Notes under the pieces: generated by a model
The model's database searches: none
What the model was told of the DNA's origin: nothing
The model's input: the letters and a program-made list of their open reading frames with translations, nothing else
Shown here: in pieces, positions 44,201-56,996 of the stretch
Layout: each line of letters opens with the position of its first letter
Position numbering within the stretch: the stretch's first letter is position 1
Made by a program: the position numbers and the translations under genes
Assembly: GCA_030390025.1 (NCBI GenBank)
Contig: CM059438.1
Span: 58,282,001-58,346,000 of the forward strand
Reading direction: 5' to 3'
Source of the DNA: Squalus acanthias
Taxonomy: Eukaryota
DNA length: 64,000 nt

Positions 44201-45401
44201 ATGGAGCTGGGTACAGACAGACTTTGGGGAATGGAGCTGGGTACAGACAGACTGAGGAATGGAGTTGGGTAGAGGCAGAGTCTGGGAATGGATCTGGGTA
44301 CAGACAGAATTTGGGAATGGAGCTGGGTACAGACAGACTCTGTGGAATGGATCTTGTACAGACAGAAATTGGGAAATCGAGCTGGGTACAGACAGACTCT
44401 GGGAATACAGCTTTGTACAGACAAACTCTGGGAATGGATCTCGTTACAGACAGCCTGGGGAATGGAGCTGGGTACATAAATTCTCTGCGAAGGGAGCTGG
44501 GTACAGACAGACTGGAGAATGGAACTGGGTACAGACAGACTGGAGAATGGAGCTGGGTACAGGAAGACTCTGGGGAATGGAGCTGGGTACAGACAGACTT
44601 TGGGAATGGAGCTGGCTATAGACAGACTCTGGGGAATGGAGCTCGGTACAGGCGGACTCTGTGGAATGGAGCTGGGTACAGACAGACTCTGGGGAATGCA
44701 GCTGGTTAGAGACAGACTGGGGAACGGAGCTGGATACAGACAGACTGGGGAATGGAGCAGGGTTCGGAGAGAATGGGGAATGAAGCTGGGTACAGACAGA
44801 CTCTTGGAATGGAGCTGGGAGCAGACAGACACTGGGAATGGTGTTGGGTACAGACGGACTCTGGGAATGAAGCTGGGCACAGACAGATTCTGGGAATGGA
44901 GCTGGGTACAGTTAGACTCTGTGGAATGGAGCTGGGTACAGACAGTGTCTGGGGAATGGAGTTGGGTACAGACAGCCTGAGGAATAGCGTTGGGTAGAGG
45001 CAGAGTCTGGTAATGGAGCTAGGAACAGACAGACTCTTGGAATGGTGCTGGGTACAGACAGACTGGAGAATGGAGCTGGTTACAGTCAGATTCTGGGGAA
45101 TGGAGCTGGGTACAGACAGACTCTGTGGAATGGATCATGTACAGACAGACATTGGGAAATCGAGCTGGGTACAGACAGACTCTGGGAATACAGCTGTGTA
45201 CAGACAGACTCTGGGAATGGATCTCGTTACAGACAGACTGGGGAATGGAGCTGGGTATAGAAAGACACTGCGAAAGGAGCTGGGTACAGACAGACTGGAG
45301 AATGGACCTCGGTACAGACAGACTCGCGGGATAGGAGCCGGGTACAGACAGTCTCCAGGAATCGAGCTGGGTACAGGAAGACTCTCGGGAATGGAGCTGG
45401 G
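41265..45401 (+). repeat. 2,083-bp tandem duplication; the second copy lacks one 29-bp monomer near 45058
   Basis: TACAGACAGATTCTGGGGAATGCAGCTGGTTACTGAC occurs at 41265 and 43348. ORF offsets are 2083 (42111/44194) and then 2054 (42988/45042). Confidence 0.88.
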
Positions 45402-48400
45402 TACAGACAGAGTTCGGGAATGGAGCTGCGTATAGACAGACTCTGTGGAATGGAGCTCTGTATAGGCGGACTCTGGGGAATGGAGCAGAGTTTAGAGAGA
45501 ATGGCGAATGAAGCTGGGTACAGACAGATTCTAGGAATGGAGCTGGGTACAGACAGACACTGGGAATGATGTTGGGTACAGACGGACTCTGGGGCATGGA
45601 GCTGGGTACAGACAGATTCTGGGAATGGAGCTGGGTACAGATAGACTCTGGGGAATGGAGCTGGGTACAGACAGTGTCTGGGGAATGGAGTTGGGTACAG
45701 ACAGACTGAGGAATGGGGTTGGGTAGAGGCAGAGTCTGGGGAATGGAGCTGGATAGAGACAGAATTTTGGAATGCAGCTGGTTACTGACAGACTGCGGAA
45801 CGGAGCTGGATTCAGACAGACTGGAGAATGGAGCTGGTTACAGTCAGATTCTAGGGAATGGAGCTGGGTACAGACAGACTCTGTGGAATGGATCATGTAC
45901 AGACAGACATTGGGAAATCGAGCTGGGTACAGACAGACTCTGTGAATGGAGGTGGGTACAGACAGACTCTGTGAATGGAGCTGGGTCCAGACAGACTCTG
46001 TGAATGGAGCTGGGTACAGGCAGACTAGGGGAATGGAGCTGGGTACAGACAGACCCTGGGAATGGAGCTGGGTACAGACAGACTGAGGAATGGAGTTGGG
46101 TAGAGGCAGAGTCTGGGAATAGATTTGGGTACAGACAGACTATTGGAATGGAGCTGGGTACAGACAGAATTTGGGAATGGAGCTGGGTACAGACAGACTG
46201 AGGAATGGCGTTGAGTAGAGGCAGAGTCTGGGAATGGATCTGGGTACAGACAGACTATTGGAATGGAGCTGGGTACAGACAGACTGGAGAATGCAGCTGG
46301 GTACAGTCAGATTCTGGGGAATGGAGCTGGGTACAGACAGACTCTGGGAATACAGCTGTGTACAGACAGACTCTGGGAATGGATCTGGTTACAGACAGAC
46401 TGGGGAATGGAGCTGTGTACATAAAGACTCTGCGAAGGCAGCTGGATACTGACATACTCTGGGAATGGAGCTGGGTACAGACAGACTCTGGGAATCGAGC
46501 TGGGTACAGACAGACTGGAGAATGGAACTGGGTACAGTCAGATTCTGGGGAATGGAGCTGGGTACAGACAGACTCTGTGGAATGGAACTTGTACAGACAG
46601 ACATTGGGAAATCGAGCTGGGTACAGACAGACTCTGGGAATACAGCTGTGTACAGACAGACTCTGGGAATGGATCTCGTTACAGACAGACTGGGGAATGG
46701 AGCTGGGAACAGGCAGACTCTATGAATGGAGCTGGGTACAGGCAGACCAGGGGATTGGAGCTGGGTACAGACAGATTCTGGGGAATGCAGCTGGTTACAG
46801 ACAGACTGGGGAACGGAGCTGGATACAGACAGACTGGGGAACGGAGCTGGATACAGACAGACTGGGGAATGGAGTACAGACAGATTCTGGGAATGGAGCT
46901 CGGTACAGATAGACTTTGGGGAATGGAGCTGGGTACAGACAGACTTTGGGGAATGGAGCTGGGTACAGACAGACTGAGGAATGGAGTTGGGTAGAGGCAG
47001 AGTCTGGGAATGGATCTGGGTACAGACAGAATTTGGGAATGGAGCTGGGTACAGACAGACTCTGTGGAATGGATCTTGTACAGACAGAAATTGGGAAATC
47101 GAGCTGGGTACAGACAGACTCTGGGAATACAGCTTTGTACAGACAAACTCTGGGAATGGATCTCGTTACAGACAGCCTGGGGAATGGAGCTGGGTACATA
47201 AATTCTCTGCGAAGGGAGCTGGGTACAGACAGACTGGAGAATGGAACTGGGTACAGACAGACTGGAGAATGGAGCTGGGTACAGGAAGACTCTGGGGAAT
47301 GGAGCTGGGTACAGACAGACTTTGGGAATGGAGCTGGCTATAGACAGACTCTGGGGAATGGAGCTCGGTACAGGCGGACTCTGTGGAATGGAGCTGGGTA
47401 CAGACAGACTCTGGGGAATGCAGCTGGTTAGAGACAGACTGGGGAACGGAGCTGGATACAGACAGACTGGGGAATGGAGCAGGGTTCGGAGGGAATGGGG
47501 AATGAAGCTGGGTACAGACAGACTCTTGGAATGGAGCTGGGAGCAGACAGACACTGGGAATGGTGTTGGGTACAGACGGACTCTGGGAATGAAGCTGGGC
47601 ACAGACAGATTCTGGGAATGGAGCTGGGTACAGTTAGACTCTGTGGAATGGAGCTGGGTACAGACAGTGTCTGGGGAATGGAGTTGGGTACAGACAGCCT
47701 GAGGAATAGCGTTGGGTAGAGGCAGAGTCTGGTAATGGAGCTAGGAACAGACAGACTCTTGGAATGGTGCTGGGTACAGACAGACTGGAGAATGGAGCTG
47801 GTTACAGACAGACTCTGTGGAATGGATCATGTACAGACAGACATTGGGAAATCGAGCTGGGTACAGACAGACTCTGGGAATACAGCTGTGTACAGACAGA
47901 CTCTGGGAATGGATCTCGTTACAGACAGACTGGGGAATGGAGCTGGGTATAGAAAGACACTGCGAAAGGAGCTGGGTACAGACAGACTGGAGAATGGACC
48001 TCGGTACAGACAGACTCGCGGGATAGGAGCCGGGTACAGACAGTCTCCAGGAATCGAGCTGGGTACAGGAAGACTCTCGGGAATGGAGCTGGGTACAGAC
48101 AGAGTTCGGGAATGGAGCTGCGTACAGACAGACTCTGTGGAATGGAGCTCTGTATAGGCGGACTCTGGGGAATGAAGCTGGGTACAGACAGACTCTGGGG
48201 AATGGAGCAGAGTTTAGAGAGAATGGGGAATGAAGCTGGGTACAGACAGATTCTAGGAATGGAGCTGGGTACAGACAGACACTGGGAATGATGTTGGGTA
48301 CAGACGGACTCTGGGGCATGGAGCTGGGTACAGACAGATTCTGGGAATGGAGCTGGGTACAGATAGACTCTGGGGAATGGAGCTGGGTACAGACAGTGTC

Positions 48401-51400
48401 TGGGGAATGGAGTTGGGTACAGACAGACTGAGGAATGGGGTTGGGTAGAGGCAGAGTCTGGGGAATGGAGCTGGATAGAGACAGAATTTTGGAATGGAGC
48501 TGGGTACAGACAGACGATGGGAATGGAGCTGGGTACAGACAGACTCTGGGGAATGGAAATCAGTACAGGCGGACTCTGGGGAATCGAGCTGGGTACAGAC
48601 AGAATCTGTGAATGGAGCTGGGTACAGACAGACTCTGTGAATGGAGCTGGGTACAGGCAGACAAGGGGAATGGAGCTGGGTACAGACAGATTCTGGGGAA
48701 TGCAGCTGGTTACAGACAGACTGGGGAACAGAGCTGGATACAGACAGACTGGGGAACGGAGCTGGATACAGACAGACTGGGGAATGGAGTACAGACAGAT
48801 TCTGGGAATGGAGCTCGGTACAGATAGACTTTGGGGAATGGAGCTGGGTACAGACAGACTTTGGGGAATGGAGCTGGGTACAGACAGACTGAGGAATGGA
48901 GTTGGGTAGAGGCAGAGTCTGGGAATGGATCTGGGTACAGACAGAATTTGGGAATGGAGCTGGGTACAGACAGACTCTGTGGAATGGATCTTGTACAGAC
49001 AGAAATTGGGAAATCGAGCTGGGTACAGACAGACTCTGGGAATACAGCTTTGTACAGACAAACTCTGGGAATGGATCTCGTTACAGACAGCCTGGGGAAT
49101 GGAGCTGGGTACATAAATTCTCTGCGAAGGGAGCTGGGTACAGACAGACTGGAGAATGGAACTGGGTACAGACAGACTGGAGAATGGAGCTGGGTACAGG
49201 AAGACTCTGGGGAATGGAGCTGGGTACAGACAGACTTTGGGAATGGAGCTGGCTATAGACAGACTCTGGGGAATGGAGCTCGGTACAGGCGGACTCTGTG
49301 GAATGGAGCTGGGTACAGACAGACTCTGGGGAATGCAGCTGGTTAGAGACAGACTGGGGAACGGAGCTGGATACAGACAGACTGGGGAATGGAGCAGGGT
49401 TCGGAGAGAATGGGGAATGAAGCTGGGTACAGACAGACTCTTGGAATGGAGCTGGGAGCAGACAGACACTGGGAATGGTGTTGGGTACAGACGGACTCTG
49501 GGAATGAAGCTGGGCACAGACAGATTCTGGGAATGGAGCTGGGTACAGTTAGACTCTGTGGAATGGAGCTGGGTACAGACAGTGTCTGGGGAATGGAGTT
49601 GGGTACAGACAGCCTGAGGAATAGCGTTGGGTAGAGGCAGAGTCTGGTAATGGAGCTAGGAACAGACAGACTCTTGGAATGGTGCTGGGTACAGAAAGAC
49701 TCTTGGAATGGAGCTGGGTACAGACAGACTGGAGAATGGAGCTGGTTACAGTCAGATTCTGGGGAATGGAGCTGGGTACAGACAGACTCTGTGGAATGGA
49801 TCATGTACAGACAGACATTGGGAAATCGAGCTGGGTACAGACAGACTCTGGGAATGGATCTCGTTACAGACAGACTGGGGAATGGAGCTGGGTATAGAAA
49901 GACTCTGCGAAAGGAGCTGGGTACAGACAGATTGGAGAATGGACCTCGGTACAGACAGACTCGCGGGATAGGAGCCGGGTACAGACAGTCTCCAGGAATC
50001 GAGCTGGGTACAGGAAGACTCTCGGGAATGGAGCTGGGTACAGACAGACTTTGGGAATGGAGCTGGCTATAGACAGACTCTGGGGAATGGAGCTCGGTGC
50101 AGGCGGACTCTGTGGAATGGAGCTGGGTACAGACAGACTCTGGGGAATGCAGCTGGTTAGAGACAGACTGGGGAACGGAGCTGGATACAGACAGACTGGG
50201 GAATGGAGCAGGGTTCGGAGAGAATGGGGAATGCAGCTGGTTACAGACAGACTGGGGAACGGAGCTGGATACAGACAGACTGGGGAACGGAGCTGGATAC
50301 AGACAGACTGGGGAATGGAGTACAGACAGATTCTGGGAATGGAGCTCGGTACAGATAGACTTTGGGGAATGGAGCTGGGTACAGACAGACTTTGGGGAAT
50401 GGAGCTGGGTACAGACAGACTGAGGAATGGAGTTGGGTAGAGGCAGAGTCTGGGAATGGATCTGGGTACAGACAGAATTTGGGAATGGAGCTGGGTACAG
50501 ACAGACTCTGTGGAATGGATCTTGTACAGACAGAAATTGGGAAATCGAGCTGGGTACAGACAGACTCTGGGAATACAGCTTTGTACAGACAAACTCTGGG
50601 AATGGATCTCGTTACAGACAGCCTGGGGAATGGAGCTGGGTACATAAATTCTCTGCGAAGGGAGCTGGGTACAGACAGACTGGAGAATGGAACTGGGTAC
50701 AGACAGACTGGAGAATGGAGCTGGGTACAGGAAGACTCTGGGGAATGGAGCTGGGTACAGACAGACTTTGGGAATGGAGCTGGCTATAGACAGACTCTGG
50801 GGAATGGAGCTCGGTACAGGCGGACTCTGTGGAATGGAGCTGGGTACAGACAGACTCTGGGGAATGCAGCTGGTTAGAGACAGACTGGGGAACGGAGCTG
50901 GATACAGACAGACTGGGGAATGGAGCAGGGTTCGGAGAGAATGGGGAATGAAGCTGGGTACAGACAGACTCTTGGAATGGAGCTGGGAGCAGACAGACAC
51001 TGGGAATGGTGTTGGGTACAGACGGACTCTGGGAATGGAGCTGGGTACAGACAGACTCTGGGAATCGAGCTGGGTACAGACAGACTGGAGAATGGAACTG
51101 GGTACAGTCAGATTCTGGGGAATGGAGCTGGGTACAGACAGACTCTGGAATGGAACTTGTACAGACAGACATTGGGAAATCGAGCTGGGTACAGACAGAC
51201 TCTGGGAATACAGCTGTGTACAGACAGACTCTGGGAATGGATCTCGTTACAGACAGACTGGGGAATGGAGCTGGGTACAGGCAGACTCTATGAATGGAGC
51301 TGGGTACAGACAGACTCTGTGAATGGAGCTGGGTACAGACAGACTCTGTGAATGGAGCTGGGTACAGGCAGACCAGGGGAATGGAGCTGGGTACAGACAG

Positions 51401-54400
51401 ATTCTGGGGAATGCAGCTGGTTACAGACAGACTGGGGAACGGAGCTGGATACAGACAGACTGGGGAACGGAGCTGGATACAGACAGACTGGGGAATGGAG
51501 TACAGACAGATTCTGGGAATGGAGCTCGGTACAGATAGACTTTGGGGAATGGAGCTGGGTACAGACAAACTTTGGGGAATGGAGCTGGGTACAGACAGAC
51601 TGAGGAATGGAGTTGGGTAGAGGCAGAGTCTGGGAATGGATCTGGGTACAGACAGAATTTGGGAATGGAGCTGGGTACAGACAGACTCTGGGAATACAGC
51701 TTTGTACAGACAAACTCTGGGAATGGATCTCGTTACAGACAGCCTGGGGAATGGAGCTGGGTACATAAATTCTCTGCGAAGGGAGCTGGGTACAGACAGA
51801 CTGGAGAATGGAACTGGGTACAGACAGACTGGAGAATGGAGCTGGGTACAGGAAGACTCTGGGGAATGGAGCTGGGTACAGACAGACTTTGGGAATGGAG
51901 CTGGCTATAGACAGAATCTGGGGAATGGAGCTCGGTACAGGCGGACTCTGGGGAATGGAGCTGGGTACAGACAGACTCTGGGGAATGGAGCTGGTTACAG
52001 AGAGACTGTGGAAAAGAGCTGGATACAGACAGACTGGGGAATGGAGCAGGGTTTGGAGAGAATGGGGAATGAAGCTGGGTGCAGACAGACTCTTGGAATG
52101 GAGCTGGGAGCAGACAGACACTGGGAATGGTGTTGGGTACAGACGGACTCTGGGAATGAAGCTGGGCACAGACAGATTCTGGGAATAGAGCTGGGTACAG
52201 TTAGACTCTGTGGAATGGATCATGTACAGACAGACATTGGGAAATCGAGCTGGGTACAGACAGACTCTGGGAATACAACTGTGTACAGACAGACTCTGGG
52301 AATGGATCTCGTTACAGACAGACTGGGGAATGGAGCTGGGTATAGAAAGACTCTGCGAAAGGAGCTGGGTACAGACAGACTGGAGAATGGACCTCGGTAC
52401 AGACAGACTCGCGGGATAGGAGCCGGGTACAGACAGTCTCCAGGAATCGAGCTGGATACAGGAAGACTCTCGGGAATGGAGCTGGGTACAGACAGAGTTC
52501 GGGAATGGAGCTGCGTATAGACAGACTCTGTGGAATGGAGCTCTGTACAGGCGGACTCTGGGGAATGAAGCTGGGTACAGACAGACTCTGGGGAATGGAG
52601 CAGGGTTTAGAGAGAATGGGGAATGAAGCTGGGTACAGACAGATTCTAGGAATGGAGCTGGGTACAGACAGACACTGGGAATGATGTTGGGTACAGACGG
52701 ACTCTGGGGCATGGAGCTGGGTACAGACAGATTCTGGGAATGGAGCTGGGTACAGATAGACTCTGGGGAATGGAGCTGGGTACAGACAGTCTCTGGGGAA
52801 TGGAGTTGGGTACAGACAGACTGAGGAATGGGGTTGGGTAGAGGCAGAGTCTGGGAATGGAGCTGGATAGAGACAGAATTTTGGAATGGAGTTGGGTACA
52901 GACAGACTCTGGGGAATGGAAATCAGTACAGGCGGACTCTGGGGAATCGAGCTGGGTACAGACAGAACCTGTGAATGGAGCTGGGTACAGACAGACTCTG
53001 TGAATGGAGCTCGGTACAGTCAGACTCTTGGGAATGGAGCTGGGTACAGAAGACTGGGGAATGGAGCTGGGTACAGACAGACTTTCGGGAATGGAGCTGG
53101 GTACAGACAGTCTCTGGGGGATGGAGCTGGGTACAGACAGACTGAGGAATGGAGTTGGGTAGATGCAGAGTGTGGGAATAGATCTGGGTACAGACAGACC
53201 ATTGGAATGGAGCTGGGTACAGACAGAATTTGGGAATGGAGCTGGGTACAGACAGACTGAGGAATGGCGTTGGGTAGAGGCAGATTCTGGGAATGGAGCT
53301 GGGTACAGACAGACTCTGTGGAATGGATCTTGTACAGACAGACATTGGGAAATCGAGCTGGGTACAGACAGACTCTGGGAATACAGCTTTGTACAGACAA
53401 ACTCTGGGAATGGATCTCGTTACAGACAGCCTGGGGAATGGAGCTGGGTACATAAAGTCTCTGCGAAGGGGGCTGGGTACAGACAGACTGGAGAATGGAG
53501 CTGGGTACAGGAAGACTCTGGGGAATGGAGCTGGGTACAGACAGACTTCGGGAATGGAGCTGGCTATAGACAGACTCTGAGGAATGGAGCTCGGTACAGG
53601 CGGACCTTGGGAATGGAGCTGGGTACAGACAGACTCTGGGGAATGGAGCTGGTTACAGAGAGACTGTGGAACAGAGCTGGATACAGAAAGACTGGGGAAT
53701 GGAGCAGTGTTCAGAGAGAATGGGGAATTAAGCTGGGTACAGACAGACACTGGGAATGGTGTTGGGTACAGACGGACTCTGGGGAATGAAGCTGGGCACA
53801 GACAGATTCTGGGAATGGAGCTGGGTGCAGTTAGACTCTGTGGGATGGAGCTGGGTACAGACAGTCTCTGGGGAATGGAGTTGGGTACAGACAGACTGGA
53901 GAAAGGAGCTGGTTACAGTCAGATTCTGGGGAATGGAGCTGGGTACAGACAGACTCTGTGGAATGGATCATGTACAGACAGACATTGGGAAATCGAGCTG
54001 GGTACAGACAGACTCTGGGACTACAGCTATGTACAGACAGACTCTGGGAATGGATCTCGTTACAGACAGACTGTGGAACAGAGCTGGATGCAGACAGACT
54101 GGGGAGTGGAGCTGGGTTTAGAGAGAATGGGGAATGAAGCTGGGTACAGACAGATTCTAGGAATGGAGCTGGGTACAGACAGACACTGGGAATGATGTTG
54201 GGTACAGACGGACTCTGGGGCATGGAGCTGGGTACAGACAGATTCTGGGAATGGAGCTGGGTACAGACAGCCTCTGGGGAATGGAAATCGGTACAGGCGG
54301 ACTCTGGGGAATCGAGCTGGGTACAGACAGAATCTTTGAATGGAGCTGGGTACAGTCAGACTCTGTGAATGGAGCTGGGTCCAGGCAGACTAGGGGAATG

Positions 54401-56898
54401 GAGCTGGGTACAGACAGACTCTGGGAAATGGTGCTGGGTACAGACAGACTCTGGGGAATGGAGCTGTGTACAGAAGACTGGGGAATAGAGCTGGGTGCAG
54501 ACAGATTTTGGGGAATGGAGCTGGGTACAGAGAGAGTGCGGAATGGCGTTGGGTAGTGGCAGAGTCTGGGAATGGAACTGGGTACAGACAGAATTTGGGA
54601 ATGGAGCTGGGTACAGACAGACTGAGGAATGGCGTTGGGTAGAGGCAGAGTCTGGGAATGGAGCTGGGTACAGACAGACTCTTGGAATGTTGCGGGGTAG
54701 AGAAATACTCTGGGAATGGAGCTGGGTACAGCCAGACTTCGGGAATGGAGCTGGGTATAGGCAGACTCTGGGGAATGGAGCTCGGTACAGTTGGCTCTAG
54801 GGAATGGAGCTGGGTACAGACAGACTCTGGGGAATGGAGCTGGTTCCAGAGAGACTGTGGAACAGAGCTGGATACAGACAGACTGGGGAATGGAGCACGG
54901 TTCAGAGAGAATGGGGAATGAAGCTGGGTACAGACAGACTCTTGGAATGGAGCTAGGTACAGACAGACACTGGGAATGGTGTTTGGTACAGACGGACTCT
55001 GGGGAATGGAGCTGGGTACAGACAGATTCTGGGAATGGAGCTGGGTACAGATAGACTCTGGGGAATGGAGCTGGGTACAGAGAGTCTCTGGGGAATGGAG
55101 TTGGGTACAGACAGACTGAGGAATGGTGTTGGGTTGAGGCAGAGTCTGGGAATGGAGCTGGATACAGACAGAATTTGGGCTTGGAGCTGGGTACAGGGAG
55201 ACTACGGGAATAGAGCTGGGTACAGACAGACTCTGGGAATGGAGCTGGGTACAGGCAGACTAGGGGAATGGAGCTTGGTACAGACAGACCCTGGGAATGG
55301 AGCTGGGTACAGACAGACTATGTGAATGGAGCTGGGTACAGACAGACTCTGGGAATGGTGTTGGGTACAGACATCTCTGGGGAATCGAACTCGGTAGAGA
55401 CAGACTCTGTGAATGGAGCTGGGTACAGACAGACTCTGGGAATGGAGCTGGGTACAAGCAGCCGACGGGAATGGAGCTGGTTACAGACAGATTCTGGGGA
55501 ATGCAGCTGGTTACAGACAGACTGGGGAACGGAGCTGGATACAGACAGACTGGGGAATGGAGTACAGACAGATTCTGGGAATGGAGCTCGGTACAGATAG
55601 ACTCTTGGGAATGGAGCTGGTTACAGACAGATTCTGGGGAATGCAGCTGGTTACAGACAGACTGGGGAACGGAGCTGGGTACAGACAGAATTTGGGAATG
55701 GAGCTCGGTGCAGGCGGACTCTGGGGAATGGAGCTGGGTTATGACAGATTCTGGGAATGGAGCTCGGTACAGATAGACTGGGGAATGGAGCTGGGTACAG
55801 AAGACTGGGGAATTGAGCTGGGTACAGACAGACTTTGGGGAATGGAGCTGGGTACAGACAGAATTTGGAAATGGAGCTGGATACAGACAGACTATCGGAA
55901 TGGAGCTGGATCCAGACAGACTCTGTGAATGGAGCTGGGTACAGACAGATTCGAGAATGGAGCTTGGTTTAGAGAGACTGGGGAATGGAGCTGGGTACAG
56001 GCAGACTAGGGGAATGGAGCTGGGTACAGACAGATTCTTGGGAATGCAGCTGGTTACAGACAGACTGGGGAACGGAGCTAGATACAGACAGACTGGGGAA
56101 TGGAGTACAGACAGACTGGAGAATGGAGTACAGACAGATTCTGGGAATGGAGCTCGGTACAGATAGACTCTTGGGAATGGAGCTGGGTACAGACAGATTC
56201 TGGGAATGGAGCTCGGTACAGATAGACTCTGGGGAATGGAGCTGTGTACAGAAGACTGGGGAATAGAGCTGGGTACAGACAGACTTTGGGGAATGGAGCT
56301 GGGTACAGACAGAGTGCGGAATGGCGTTGGGTAGTGGCAGAGTCTGGGAATGGAACTGGGTACAGACAGAATTTGGGAATGGAGTTGGGTACAGACAGAC
56401 TGAGGAATGGCGTTGGGTAGAGGCAGAGTCTGGGAATGGAGCTGGGTACAGACAGACTCTTGGAATGTTGCAGGGTACAGAAAGACTCTGTGAATGGAGC
56501 TGGGTACAGCCAGACTTCGGGAATGGAGCTGGGTATAGGCAGACTCTGGGGAATGGAGCTCGGTACAGTTGGCTCTAGGGAATGGAGTTGGGTACAGACA
56601 GACTCTGGGGAATGGAGCTGGTTCCAGAGAGACTGGACCAGAGCTGGATACAGACAGACTGGGGAATGGAGCACGGTTCAGAGAGAATGGGGAATGAAGC
56701 TGGGTACAGACAGACTCTTGGAATGGAGCTAGGTACAGACAGACACTGGGAATGGTGTTGGGTACAGACGGACTCTGGGGAATGGAGCTGGGTACAGGCA
56801 GATTCTGGGAATGGAGCTGGGTACAGATAGACTCTGGGGAATGGAGCTGGGTACAGAGAGTCTCTGGGGAATGGAGTTGGGTACAGACAGACTGAGGA

Positions 56899-56996
56899 AT
56901 ACATACATAGATACATGGAAGATAGGAGCAGGAGTAGGCCATCCGGCCCTTCGAGCCTGCTCCGCCATTTAATGAGATCATGGCTGATCCTCCAAT
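56899..56996 (-). other. LINE 3' UTR with stem-loops and an (ATGT/ATCT) tetranucleotide tail; probable RT-recognition signal
   Basis: 8-bp inverted repeat GGAGCAGG (56925-56932) / CCTGCTCC (56956-56963) encloses GGCC-N4-GGCC (56937-56948). A second hairpin GATCA-N4-TGATC lies at 56976-56989. The tail reads CATGTATCTATGTATGTAT on the minus strand, with no poly(A). Confidence 0.8.

Larger units (their letters stand above)
515..56900 (+). repeat. Tandem satellite/minisatellite array, 28-30 bp monomer GGG(G)AATGGAGCTGGGTACAGACAGACT(CT), left of the LINE
   Basis: Continuous head-to-tail monomers, all in one orientation as far as I could read. Length classes are 28 (GGGG...GACT), 29 (GGG...GACTCT) and 30 (GGGG...GACTCT). 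A degenerate first unit lies at about 515-547 and the first clear unit starts at 548. Confidence 0.98.

Noticed and set aside
55260..56981. 573-aa LINE 3' UTR-satellite fusion ORF
   Set aside because: It starts at an ATG in the LINE 3' UTR and runs on only because the satellite lacks stops. There is no coding evidence.
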